DNA from: Candidatus Hydrogenedentota bacterium
GTDB taxonomy: Bacteria; Hydrogenedentota; Hydrogenedentia; Hydrogenedentales; SLHB01
DNA length: 64,000 nucleotides
Direction: 5' to 3'
Assembly (NCBI GenBank): GCA_963668025.2
Contig: CAXXTH010000011.1
Location: 128,001-192,000, forward strand
The translations under genes were made by a program, and so were the position numbers. Shown piece by piece: positions 27,929 through 38,160 of the stretch. The notes below the pieces were generated by a model. That model was not told the origin of the DNA. It was given only the letters and a program-made list of their open reading frames with translations, and made no database searches. Within the stretch, counting starts at the first letter, position 1, and every line of letters starts with the position of its first letter.

Positions 27929-29356
27929 TTAAAAAGTTAATTTTGCCTCTGTGGCCTGGTGCGGCTGGACGGTAACCATGATCTCATTCGCATCTGGAGG
28001 CTGTCCCTCAAAAATATCTCTGCTGGAAAACCGATAACGTCCGGACGGTATCTCTTTGAATTCACAAACGCCGTTAGTGTCCGCCGTACTTTCACCATTC
28101 CAGCAACCAGCGCCGAAACGATCCGCTTCTTGGATATAGATCCGGATTTTCTTGGAGTCTTGGATTGTGACAGGATTGCCTTGCACATTCACGAGTTGGA
28201 TTCGTACCGTTCCCGTCGGCGTCATTCTTAAAACACATTCGGAACCGTCAGGTAAGCCCTCTTTGCGGATTTCTAAGGGCTCTTTGGGATCCCATCGATA
28301 TTTATAACCCGCGATATCACATTGTAGTAGTAATTTACCTACTGGTACTCCAGAAAGCTCAAAATGGCCTTGGTCATCGGTCATAGCAGTTAGCTTTTCC
28401 GTCATGGAGTACATGGGATAACCTAATCCGTCAGGTCCCTTAAAACCTAGCGGCCAGACCTTCACATTACCCAAAGGATGGCCATTTTCATCCACCACGG
28501 TACCCGCCAGCGAGACTTCCGGAGCCAAGCGGCCTACAAATACTAGATAATCATTGACACTGCAAGATGAGTATCCAAGGAAACGCGGTGCATAACCGGG
28601 TGCTGTTGCGAAGACGTGATACGAGCCGGCCTGAACTCCGGTGGCAATTGCTTCGCCTTGGGATTCTACAGTCACCTCCATATGCACTTGGCTATCATCG
28701 CCAGTAGCCATAATCCGCAAAGTAGAGCCTGGGATAGGTTTCCCCTGGTAATCCGTTATAGTTGCTCGAATCACGGAACCGCTTCCAGGCGGAAAACCGT
28801 TAGATGTCGCCCGCTGATCTCGGACCGACATATTCGCCGGGACTTCGATCTTCGACCAATCGGGACCATCTTCCCATAACCAGACCTCCATCCGTGGAGC
28901 AGGAACGGGACCATCCATATCGAAACTATCCGGATCGAAACTATCCGGATTATTATAAAGATGCTCCCATTTTTCCGGCACCCAAACATCGAAAGACCAA
29001 TCGTAACCATTAAGCTCGATGATCGAGTTTTTACCACGACCCTCATGAAGCACCACTTCGAGATGTTCAGCGTTGATGGTGGAAAAGGCATTGAGCGCAT
29101 TCTGAAACTTGGCAGTATCACCACAATAGTAGAACGTCCAATCTCCGCCTCCAAAAGGCGGCCCTTCTTCCCAGCCCACACGCGTTTCAAGATTGGCTAC
29201 TGCCAAGGCACCCGCAGGCCATCCTGGATCATGGACAGGCTCGTTGCCTTTACCAGTAGTGATCATTCCTTGAGCCGGATGTGGCGCTCCCAAAAACGCT
29301 ACAACAATCAAGACTGAAACAAAACGAGCGCTTTTTAGTGTGCTGCGTATGAACAT
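27929..29356 (-). CDS. Secreted protein with carboxypeptidase-regulatory-like (transthyretin-like) repeats
   Basis: Signal peptide; repeated GTVVDENGHPL...TDDQGHFELSGVPVG-type modules. Confidence 0.75.
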   Translation of the reverse strand: MFIRSTLKSARFVSVLIVVAFLGAPHPAQGMITTGKGNEPVHDPGWPAGALAVANLETRVGWEEGPPFGGGDWTFYYCGDTAKFQNALNAFSTINAEHLEVVLHEGRGKNSIIELNGYDWSFDVWVPEKWEHLYNNPDSFDPDSFDMDGPVPAPRMEVWLWEDGPDWSKIEVPANMSVRDQRATSNGFPPGSGSVIRATITDYQGKPIPGSTLRIMATGDDSQVHMEVTVESQGEAIATGVQAGSYHVFATAPGYAPRFLGYSSCSVNDYLVFVGRLAPEVSLAGTVVDENGHPLGNVKVWPLGFKGPDGLGYPMYSMTEKLTAMTDDQGHFELSGVPVGKLLLQCDIAGYKYRWDPKEPLEIRKEGLPDGSECVLRMTPTGTVRIQLVNVQGNPVTIQDSKKIRIYIQEADRFGAGCWNGESTADTNGVCEFKEIPSGRYRFSSRDIFEGQPPDANEIMVTVQPHQATEAKLTF

Positions 29357-29428
29357 TTCACCCTTCCTTTCTGTGTTGCGCGATCTTTGAACACTTCAGC
29401 TCTACTCAGCGCCAGGGAACAGCATACA

Positions 29429-30418
29429 TTAAGATGCTAGCCAAGCCGCCGCCTCTTTCGCCCAATAGGTAATGATGATGCGAGCGCCTGCCCGGCGAAT
29501 GGCCGTGAGCATTTCGAGCGCGGTGCGCTTCTCATCGAGCCAGCCCCGTTCCGCCGCCGCTTTGACCATGGCACATTCGCCGGAGACCTGGTAGGCGGCG
29601 ATGGGGACATCAAAACGGTCCGACGCCGCGCGCACGATATCGAGATACGCAAGTGCGGGTTTCACCATGACGATATCCGCCCCTTCTTCGATATCGAGGG
29701 CGATTTCGCGCATGGCCTCCCGTGCATTGGGCGGATCCATCTGATAGGTGGTGCGGTCGCCGAATTGCGGGGGCGACTCGGCGGCTTCCCGGAAGGGGCC
29801 ATAAAAAGCGGAAGCATATTTCGCACTATACGCCATAATAGCCACATCTTGGAGGCCCGCGTTATCCAGGCATGCCCGAATAGCCCCTACGCGCCCGTCC
29901 ATCATGTCGGACGGAGCCACCACATCGGCTCCCGCTTGCGCATGGGCCAGGGCTTCACGCACAAGCAATTCAAGGCTCGCGTCGTTGTCCACATATGGCG
30001 CGCCGGAGCGGCCGGTCCGCACGACTCCGCAATGGCCATGGTCCATATATTCGCAGAGGCACACATCCGTCATCACACATAGGGAAGGACACTGTTTTTT
30101 AAGCGCCTCGACGGCCCGGCACACGATAGCGCCTTCCGCATACGCCCCTGAAGCTGCGGCGTCTTTGTGTTCTGGAATGCCGAAGAGCAACACGGATTTG
30201 ACGCCTGCGTCTGCTGCCGCTTTTGCTTCTTCCACCAGCATATCCACCGATAATTGGGCATGCCCAGGCATGGAAGTGATGGGCCTGCGCACTCCCTCGC
30301 CAGGCCGGACGAAAAACGGCAGCACGAGCGAGCCGGGCTCCACCTGGGTCTCGCGCACCATGCCTCGCAACACCGGATTCACCCGTAAACGCCGCATTCG
30401 CGTGATTGGATACCCCAC
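29429..30418 (-). CDS. hemB: Porphobilinogen synthase (Zn-type)
   Basis: DVCLCEYMDHGHCG, SDMMDGR, FYGPFREAA, MVKP and AYQVSGE motifs. Confidence 0.97.
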   Translation of the reverse strand: MGYPITRMRRLRVNPVLRGMVRETQVEPGSLVLPFFVRPGEGVRRPITSMPGHAQLSVDMLVEEAKAAADAGVKSVLLFGIPEHKDAAASGAYAEGAIVCRAVEALKKQCPSLCVMTDVCLCEYMDHGHCGVVRTGRSGAPYVDNDASLELLVREALAHAQAGADVVAPSDMMDGRVGAIRACLDNAGLQDVAIMAYSAKYASAFYGPFREAAESPPQFGDRTTYQMDPPNAREAMREIALDIEEGADIVMVKPALAYLDIVRAASDRFDVPIAAYQVSGECAMVKAAAERGWLDEKRTALEMLTAIRRAGARIIITYWAKEAAAWLAS

Positions 30419-30527
30419 AACGAAATCTCCTTATAAATCTCAATACACTAGCATGCAGTATAGCACGCCTTCATGCGCATACACTCATCCTGTCTTCAGG
30501 GTAATTGCATTGTAAGCAATCCTGAAT

Positions 30528-30596
30528 TGGCCTCAAGAGGCACAAAAGACGCAAGAATGAATTCATTTTTGCGTCTTTTGCGTCTTTTGTGGCTCA
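30528..30596. repeat. Imperfect palindrome with 9-bp-periodic arms
   Basis: CAAGAGGCACAAAAGACGCAAG-AATGAATTCATT-TTTGCGTCTTTTGCGTCTTTTGTGGC. Confidence 0.65.
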
Positions 30597-30826
30597 TTCT
30601 CTGAAAATGGGGGAGAGGCGTTTCAGATATGTTTGGACAAACTAACACAAATACTCTGATCAGAAGGAAAAACATAGTTTTTCTATGCGAAGATCCTGAA
30701 GGCCTGCGTAGTTGACCCTTTGATGGGCAATTGTTAGGATTAAGGTCTAGGATACGGCGATGACGCTGCAATCTGGCGGACGGAAGTGTGGTGCAGTCTG
30801 TCGCCTCGTGGCGTAAGGATTTTATA

Positions 30827-31432
30827 TTGAATACGATTACCGATAGCGATGAAGTTCGGTCGCCGGATTTTGAAAAGCTGGTGCTGGAACATCTCGATAT
30901 GTTGTATGCGGTAGCATTGCGCCTGACCCGCAATGCAGCGGATGCGCAAGATCTTACTCAAAATACGGTCGTCAAAGCGTTGCGATTCCATGCGAAATTT
31001 GAGCAAGGAACCTATATAAAAGCGTGGCTGTTGACGATTCTGCGCAATACCTTCATCAATGAATACCGCCGCAAATCGAGGAGGCCCGCCTTTGTCGAGC
31101 TTTCAGGCACGGAGGCCGCGGAGAATCCCTCTCCTGATCCAGAAGTGGGGTATTCCACTACCAAGGGTGGTTCCGAAGAACTGCTTGAGCTCCTGGATGA
31201 TGAAGTAAAACACGCTGTCGAGTCGCTGCCAGGAGATTTCAGGGATGCCGTGGTGATGGCGGATCTCGAGGACATGTCGTATAAAGAGATCGCGGAAGCC
31301 ATGAATTGCCCCTTGGGAACCGTTATGTCGCGCTTGTATCGCGGACGGAAGCTGCTTCGTGAGATTCTACTTGATTACGCCACGGAACGGCGGCTCGTGC
31401 CGAAGCATGAAAAGGCGGTTGCAAAGGTATAA
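30827..31432 (+). CDS. ECF RNA polymerase sigma factor (SigH/SigR-like)
   Basis: ALRLTRNAADAQDL, KAWLLTILRNTFIN and SYKEIAEAMNCPLGTVMSRLYRGR; probable TTG start at 30827 (ORF open from 30788). Confidence 0.92.
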   Translation: MNTITDSDEVRSPDFEKLVLEHLDMLYAVALRLTRNAADAQDLTQNTVVKALRFHAKFEQGTYIKAWLLTILRNTFINEYRRKSRRPAFVELSGTEAAENPSPDPEVGYSTTKGGSEELLELLDDEVKHAVESLPGDFRDAVVMADLEDMSYKEIAEAMNCPLGTVMSRLYRGRKLLREILLDYATERRLVPKHEKAVAKV

Positions 31433-31484
31433 TGCGGCCGGTATGTCTCCGCATTTCATAAAAATGATCGTTCGATATGGCCTA

Positions 31485-32722
31485 GTACCCCGTAAGTCCT
31501 AAAAGGCTGAATAAAAAAGTGTATCTTGCCGATATATCCAGAGGGAGGAATGGGTCTTTCCTTTGGAGGATAACGGCAATGCCCACAAAGCGATACGTAG
31601 TTCGGTTGACAGAAGAGGAGCGCCAGCAACTCCATGGCTTGGTAAGCAAGGGCAAGGCGGCGGCATACAAAATCAGGCACGCCAACATCCTGCTCAAGGC
31701 AGATTGCGACGGGCCGAATTGGAAGGACGAACAGATAGCCGAAGCCTTTGGCTGCCACCGCACCACGGTGGAAGAGGTGCGCAAACGGCTGGTCACGCAA
31801 GGCATCGAATCCGCCCTGGGCCGCAAGAAGCGGGAAACGCCGCCGACCCCGCGCCGACTCGACGGCGACGCCGAAGCCCGGCTGGTTGCCATCGCTTGCG
31901 GAAAAGCTCCGGAAGGCCGGGCGAAATGGACCATGCGGCTCTTGGCGGACAAACTGGTGGAATTGGGGATCGTGGATTCGGTCTCGCACACGACCGTCTG
32001 GGAGACGCTTAAAAAAACGAACTCAAGCCGCACTTGCGGAAATGCTGGGTGATACCGCCGAAGCAGGATGGCGAGTTCGTGGCGGCGATGGAAGACGTAC
32101 TTGAAGTCTATAAGCGCGGCCGGAACCGAGAGTATCCGCTGGTGTGCATGGACGAACAACCGACGCAGCTCTTGAAGGAGACGCGAACGCCCTTGCCCGC
32201 CGAACCTGGGGAACCGGCGAAACACGACTACGAATACGAGCGCAATGGCACAGCGGCGAACTTCATGTTCACCGCGCCATTGGAAAACTGGCGGCGGGTG
32301 AGTGTGCGGGAGCGCAAGACGAAAATCGATTGGGCACAGGAAATCCGCCAGCTTGTCGATACGGATTTTCCCGAGGCGTCAAAGATCGTGCTGGTGATGG
32401 ACAACCTGAACACGCACACGCCGGGGGCGCTATACGAGGCGTTTGCGCCGCAAGAGGCGCGCCGAATTCTGGAGCGGCGGGAGATTCATTACACGCCGAA
32501 GCACGGGAGTTGGCTGAACATGGCGGAGATCGAGTTGAGCGTGTTCACGCGACAGTGCCTGGACCGGCGCATGCCGGATCTGGCGACGTTGCGTTCGGAG
32601 GCGGTTGCGTGGAACGCGAGCCGGAACGATTCGGGGATAGGTGTGGATTGGCACTTCACAACCTCCAACGCCCGGGTAAAACTAAAACGGCTTTATCCCT
32701 TAATTAAGGGCTGACAAGGTAC
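31485..32722 (+). mobile_element. IS630-family insertion sequence
   Basis: Imperfect terminal IRs GTACCCCGTAAG / CTGACAAGGTAC, each flanked by TA (31483-84, 32723-24) in a CTAG context; transposase inside. Confidence 0.92.
31579..32714 (+). CDS. IS630 transposase encoded by two ORFs joined by a -1 frameshift at A7C (32011-32018)
   Basis: HTH N-terminal ORF with SD GGAGG; -1 frame gives LKKNELKPHLRKCW; DDE motifs CMDE, VMDNLNTH and WLNMAEIE. Confidence 0.9.
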
Positions 32723-32872
32723 TAGAGTCTTTTAAAATTTGCCGTAGTGGTATATTTCTTCCTATTTTAATAATTGCCTGGCGTTCTGGAAATCTCATAT
32801 AAGCTAGGCAAAACGCCTGATCTTCAAATGCTGATAAAACAAGCCACTACATGGTAGTCTCCCCCCAAAAGG

Positions 32873-33241
32873 GTGTCCCAAAGGGACAACCCATCACAGC
32901 CCAGGGCCGACCGCCGCCCGAAGGGCAAGGGAGCCGCCCCTGGGTATAAGCACCCCCTAATTGTCCTGAAGGGACATCCCAAGAGTCATTCTTTTCACGC
33001 TATCAATGTGTTGTAGATCATCGCGGAGGCGTTGAGGACGCGGAGTTTCGCGGAGGAAATGTCTGCTTCGCGAAACTCCACGCCCTTGCGTTAAAGAAGC
33101 TCCGCCGCTAGATACATCCAGGTAGCAATTGGGTGAAATGGCTCGCTTTTTGGGCGCCCTTTCCGGGCACATGGTAGCTTGCTCCCAGGGGCTCCCTTGC
33201 CCTTCGAACGGCGGTCGGTGCGGGATGTCCCTTCGGGACAC
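32873..33241. repeat. Composite inverted-repeat element (CCCGAAGGG/CCCTGGG-rich arms) enclosing a 9-bp-periodic palindrome
   Basis: 32873 to about 32985 aligns with the reverse complement of about 33150-33241. Confidence 0.7.
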
Positions 33242-33328
33242 GCTTACATTACCGGCATGATTCAACATATACACCCGCACGATTCGGCATATACAAAAAT
33301 CAAATGAAATAAAATGAACCAGTAGCGC

Positions 33329-34633
33329 TCAAAGCCGTAGATTCACACCTGCTTTCGAGAGCAGCTTCACCAGCCCAATGAGCAGCAACGCGAGCACCAG
33401 CGACCGTGTGATCCCCACGTAGCCCGCATTCAAATGCTCCTGTAAAAAATCTATACCCAAAACCAATAACAGCGAATAGAAGAGATGCGGCATGAAATAA
33501 GCCAGAAGTGGCTGCCGTCCCGCAGGCATGGCGAAACGCGCCCATGCCGAACGCCCCTTCAGATCGACCAGCCAGTATAGAAAGGCAAACACCGCCACAC
33601 AGATGGCTGATGACAGCAAACACCACGCGGGGGTCTCCGCCAATTTCGATATGCCATAGGGCGGGCGCAGCAAAATACCCGCAACAAAAAGCGCCAGCGC
33701 AAACCCCAGCAGCCAGCGTATCCGCTCCCGCGCTGGCCGCGTTTTCCAATCACTCATAAATAACATGCCCGCCACCGCGCCCGCCGCCGTAATGGAGCCC
33801 AATCCCCCGAGTATGCCTCCAGTGGAAAAATAGGGCCGGATCGGCTCGAGAAACGGCAGCGCCCCTGTCCGCTCCGCGATGTTAAGCACCGTAAGCAGCG
33901 CAACCACCCCAACCATCGCGGCATGGTCCCGATGCAAGAACAGATATGCAAGCGACACCACGAAATACGCCATGCCGATCACCGTAAGGATGCCCCACCA
34001 GCTCGTGCGCATCCACGTAACCCCATCGCCATCCGTTCCCCGGTAGATCACCGCTAATGCCAAGAGCATTAGCACACCTAAAAAACGCAATCCCATGAAT
34101 AACGCCGGTGTGCGGCCATCCCGCTTCGGATACCGGTTCCATACAAGGATAGCACTGACGAAAAACAATAGCTCCCACAAGCCAGGACTAATGGGCATGG
34201 CGCTCGGATGAAAACGATACGTATTCACCATGCCAAGCCCAATAATGATCAGGCCCAAACTGCGGATCAACACATGCAACACCGCCTTGGGAATCGAGCC
34301 GCCCTGCTGAAGACGCTTCTGAAACGCCAACGGGATGCATAAACCCACGCTGAATAAAAACGCAGGCATGATCACATCCACAAATGTCATCGCATCCACA
34401 TTTCCAGGCGCGTGTTCCATCCATACCGGCACTCCGGATACATGTCCCAAGTCCGGATCATTCATATCATTGACGAATAACATCAAAAACATCGTCAGGC
34501 CACGGAACACATCAATGGACCCCACTCGATCTCGATCGGCTTTTTCTGCGGCATTTTCCACGTTCAATGGCACGACACTCACACCTCCCCCAATGTTTTC
34601 GCTGGAAACGAGTATCCTATCTATTCCTTTCAT
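33329..34633 (-). CDS. DUF5009/NagX-like (heparan-alpha-glucosaminide N-acetyltransferase-like) membrane protein
   Basis: RVGSIDVFRGLTMFLMLFVND, TFVDVIMPAFLF and ISKLAETP motifs. Confidence 0.85.
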   Translation of the reverse strand: MKGIDRILVSSENIGGGVSVVPLNVENAAEKADRDRVGSIDVFRGLTMFLMLFVNDMNDPDLGHVSGVPVWMEHAPGNVDAMTFVDVIMPAFLFSVGLCIPLAFQKRLQQGGSIPKAVLHVLIRSLGLIIIGLGMVNTYRFHPSAMPISPGLWELLFFVSAILVWNRYPKRDGRTPALFMGLRFLGVLMLLALAVIYRGTDGDGVTWMRTSWWGILTVIGMAYFVVSLAYLFLHRDHAAMVGVVALLTVLNIAERTGALPFLEPIRPYFSTGGILGGLGSITAAGAVAGMLFMSDWKTRPARERIRWLLGFALALFVAGILLRPPYGISKLAETPAWCLLSSAICVAVFAFLYWLVDLKGRSAWARFAMPAGRQPLLAYFMPHLFYSLLLVLGIDFLQEHLNAGYVGITRSLVLALLLIGLVKLLSKAGVNLRL

Positions 34634-34781
34634 TTTTCAAATGAGGCCGTTTCAGTTGGCTAAAACGTTATAAGCATATTATACACAGTAACATGTCATA
34701 TATTATCATATTAATTACTATATATATATTATAATTAATAGTTTATTGTTATGTTTTAACAAAATATAAAGATTATAGATT

Positions 34782-34905
34782 ACCCTACCGCTTTAGTTTT
34801 TAGTGTATTTAGTGTATTTCGTGGTCCAAAATCCGGCCCTTTGGTTGCTGCTACGCCGCGCCGTGTTCATTCGCGTCTATTAGCGTCTATTCGCGGTTCA
34901 AAAAT
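34782..34905. repeat. About 80-bp dispersed repeat, copy 2, plus a second 9-bp-periodic block (ATTCGCGTC/ATTAGCGTC)
   Basis: Direct repeat of 2471-2551. Confidence 0.75.
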
Positions 34906-35059
34906 CGGTCCAATGCTTTTACTCCGGATGGCTAAAGTGTGACCATTTACAAAAAATGGACATCTGGCCCACTGTGGGCTACAGTAGATGCCGTGGTTGG
35001 CGCATGTATACGGATAGGCGGGCCATCGCGGCCCGGTTCTAGCGGGAAAGGGCATAAGC

Positions 35060-36262
35060 ATGAAACCCTTAAAGATTGCGCTAGCGGGTATCGGCGGTTT
35101 TGGGGCCGTGCATGTATCAGCGGTGCGGCAGCTCGAAGCGGACGGGCTGGCTAAGGCCATTGCTTTTGCCGAGCCTAACGCCAATGCGGATGGGGCTTCA
35201 AAGCTTCAAGCACAAGGCTTGCGCGCATACACGGATTATTTCCAAATGCTCGCCCAAGAACCGGAGCTTGACCTCGTATGCATCGCCACGCCAATTCACT
35301 GGCATTATCCCATGGCGATGGCGGCCTTCGAGCGGGGCCTTCACGTATTTCTCGAAAAGCCCCCCGTGGTCCGCATACAAGACTTGCGCCATCTCATCAC
35401 CCTCGCGGAGCAGCATGGATGTTTTTGCGCCATCGGCTTCCACGATATCGCGCGCGCCAACATCATCACGCTCAAACACCGGTTGTGCGGAGGCGCATTG
35501 GGCCGCATTTCATCCGTGCATGCCCACTGTTGCTGGCAGCGTGACAGCGCCTACTACAGCCGCTCCAACTGGTCCGGCAAGACGCGGTTTGACGGTGCGC
35601 TGATTCTCGACGGCCCCATGAACAATTCTTGCTCCCATGTGCTCAACATGGCGGCATATCTAGCGGGTTCCGAACCGTATGAATTCGCGAGGCCGGTGCA
35701 AGTCCAGGCCGAATTATACCGGGCGGGAAACATCGAAGGTGAAGACACCAATTGCCTGCGCGCCTCCATGGAAAACGGTGCGGAATTGTGCATTCACTTA
35801 ACCCAATGCGCTTCTGAAAACCATGCCCGCAAATGGACGGTTATGGGCGAATTGGGCATGGCCGAATTCCGTGATGGCGGTTATATCCGCCTGCTGGACG
35901 AAGAATTGCCTTGCGCCGAACAAGATAACCTGAGCTGTCTACTGCTCCGCCGCCTGGTGGAAGTCGTGCAGGGAAGCGATGAGCCTTTGCTGATGCCTTT
36001 GGCCGAATCGGAGGCCTTTGTGCTGTTATCCAACGGCGCGTACGAATCCGCCCGGCGCATTGTTCCTGTTCCCCGGGAATTCGTCGCTGAGGTCCAAACG
36101 CCCACTGGCGTGGCATGGGTGATTCCTGGCGTGGACAGCTTGATGGCGAAAGCCGCCTCCAACGGGCAATTATTATCGGAATGCGGAATCCCATGGGCCC
36201 TGGCCACGGAGCCGTTTGACCTGCAAAGCTATGAAGTTTTTCCCACCCGCTGGTCGGGTTGA
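35060..36262 (+). CDS. Gfo/Idh/MocA family oxidoreductase
   Basis: GIGGFG, IATPIHWH and VFLEKP motifs. Confidence 0.9.
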   Translation: MKPLKIALAGIGGFGAVHVSAVRQLEADGLAKAIAFAEPNANADGASKLQAQGLRAYTDYFQMLAQEPELDLVCIATPIHWHYPMAMAAFERGLHVFLEKPPVVRIQDLRHLITLAEQHGCFCAIGFHDIARANIITLKHRLCGGALGRISSVHAHCCWQRDSAYYSRSNWSGKTRFDGALILDGPMNNSCSHVLNMAAYLAGSEPYEFARPVQVQAELYRAGNIEGEDTNCLRASMENGAELCIHLTQCASENHARKWTVMGELGMAEFRDGGYIRLLDEELPCAEQDNLSCLLLRRLVEVVQGSDEPLLMPLAESEAFVLLSNGAYESARRIVPVPREFVAEVQTPTGVAWVIPGVDSLMAKAASNGQLLSECGIPWALATEPFDLQSYEVFPTRWSG

Positions 36263-36792
36263 ACCGTTGCAGCCGGCCCGCCAGGGCCATATTTGCGCCT
36301 CCGATAATAGATTATGCCTCGTTTCATCAGCAAATATCCGAGCGCCGCGCCAAAAAGCCCTAACACCAAGCTACCCAATAGCATTTCCACAATGACATCG
36401 GACAATATGCCCCAGTATGTGCTCATGACGCCATCCCATCCCCCCGTTGCATGAATGGCTTGGCGGATGAGAGGCTCTATCGGATGGGCCTTGCTTCCCA
36501 TCAAAAATGCGCCTATGCCATACGCCATGGTGCTGATAGGTATAAAGGTCAGCGGATTATTGATCCACATGCACGCAAGGGCGGCGGGTATATTCGCGCC
36601 CAGCAACGGCGCTAACGCCAGCACAAGAATCGTGTGCAATCCATATGCCGGTGAAATCCCGACAAACAATCCCAGGGCGCAGCCCAGCGCAATACCATGC
36701 GGCGTGTCATGGACACCAAGAATGGAATCAAAAAAGAACTGACGAATGCTCCGCCCACGAGTCAGGCGTAAATAATTCATGGGCTGCCTCAT
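36229..36792 (-). CDS. DUF2062-family membrane protein
   Basis: DTPHGIALGCALGLFVGISP...WINNPLT; likely start MRQPM at 36792. Confidence 0.85.
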   Translation of the reverse strand: MRQPMNYLRLTRGRSIRQFFFDSILGVHDTPHGIALGCALGLFVGISPAYGLHTILVLALAPLLGANIPAALACMWINNPLTFIPISTMAYGIGAFLMGSKAHPIEPLIRQAIHATGGWDGVMSTYWGILSDVIVEMLLGSLVLGLFGAALGYLLMKRGIIYYRRRKYGPGGPAATVQPDQRVGKTS

Positions 36793-36889
36793 TGTTATAC
36801 CGTCTGGCCGCCAACATAGGCCGTATGCACAAGATGATACAACATGATGAGGCAAGATGCACCTTCTTCCCGTTTGTGCGTTTAGGCCC

Positions 36890-37046
36890 TCCAAAAAATG
36901 GAGCAGGCAAGCCAAAACAAGGAAATGCCCGTGAAATACACCTAAGAGAACAAGAAAGCGGTAGTAGCAAGCTATCGCTCCATATGCGCTCTAAGTCTTT
37001 TTGTGAAACTACTTGGAGTGCGGCAGCTCGCTGCCGCTTTGGGGTG
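36890..37046 (+). repeat. About 155-bp dispersed element, copy 2
   Basis: Homologous to the reverse complement of 21155-21310. Confidence 0.75.
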
Positions 37047-37231
37047 CGGATTTCTTTTGTATATCCATTTTCGGTTTTATGGCGATGTAGATTCACACGG
37101 AGGAACATTTTTGGAAGGCCCTGTTTGGAAACGCCTCCCGCATCCAGTATACAATTGCCCTTTCGCCCGCGCACGGTATTTTAACGGAATTGCGCTGGCG
37201 GCAAATGAGTTAAGCACCTACAGGAGGATAT

Positions 37232-38056
37232 ATGAGCCAAAACCTATTACAAGGAAAACGCGGCCTCGTGTTTGGCGTGGCCAATGAGAAATCCATCGCA
37301 TGGGCCTGCGCGCAAGCATGCGCCGCCCAAGGCGCGGAACTGGCCTTCAGCTATGTGGGAGAACCTCTTGAAAAACGCGTACGAAAGCTGTTGGAATCCG
37401 ACATGCCGGACGCCTCCATGTTTCCTTGCGACGTGTCCAAAGACGCGGACATCACGGCGTTTTTCGAGGCTGTTCATGCCAAATGGGATTCCATCGATTT
37501 CGTGATTCACTCTGTCGCTTTTACCCATCGGGAGGATTTGAGCAATCCTTTTGTCGCGACTCCGCGCTCCCATTTCGCACTTGCCCTGGATATCTCGGCC
37601 TATTCGCTTGTGGCCATCGCACGCGAGGCCGCGAAGCTCATGTCCAGCGGCGGCAGCATCATGACCATGACGTATTATGGTTCCGAGAAGGTCATCCCAA
37701 ACTACAACGTCATGGGCGTGGCGAAGGCCGCCCTCGAGGCCTCGGCGCGCTATCTCGCGGCGGATCTTGGCCCCAGCGGCATCCGGGTGAATTGCATTAG
37801 CGCCGGGCCCGTCCGCACCTTAGCCGCATCCGCCATCGCTGGGATGCGCGACATGCTGGATGTGACCGAACAATGCGCGCCGCTTCGGCGCAATGTGCAT
37901 CTCGATGATGTGGCGGGAACCGCCGTGTATTTGGCGTCAAGCCTTTCGGCGGGAGTCACTGGCGAAGTGCTGCATGTGGACTGCGGCTACAATGTCCTTG
38001 GCATGTATGCCGTCATGCCCGAACGCAGAACACAAGGCGCGGAAACAGGCGAATAA
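37232..38056 (+). CDS. fabI: Enoyl-ACP reductase FabI
   Basis: GVANEKSIAW, YNVMGVAKAALE and ISAGPVRTLA motifs; SD AGGAGG. Confidence 0.96.
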   Translation: MSQNLLQGKRGLVFGVANEKSIAWACAQACAAQGAELAFSYVGEPLEKRVRKLLESDMPDASMFPCDVSKDADITAFFEAVHAKWDSIDFVIHSVAFTHREDLSNPFVATPRSHFALALDISAYSLVAIAREAAKLMSSGGSIMTMTYYGSEKVIPNYNVMGVAKAALEASARYLAADLGPSGIRVNCISAGPVRTLAASAIAGMRDMLDVTEQCAPLRRNVHLDDVAGTAVYLASSLSAGVTGEVLHVDCGYNVLGMYAVMPERRTQGAETGE

Positions 38057-38160
38057 CGCCAGGGGGGTTTCCGCGCTCAGCCGCATGAACTTGAAACGGC
38101 GGCTTGCCAGGCCTCTGGCAAGCCGCCGCGCGGCAATCAGACGATAAAAATGGCGCAAAA

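Noticed and set aside
31456-32225. Long minus-strand ORFs within the IS
   Set aside because: Antisense shadows of the IS630 transposase
34660-34790. Very AT-rich tract as a replication origin (similar tract at 61950-62035)
   Set aside because: No DnaA-box cluster or origin-associated genes seen; more likely promoter or spacer DNA
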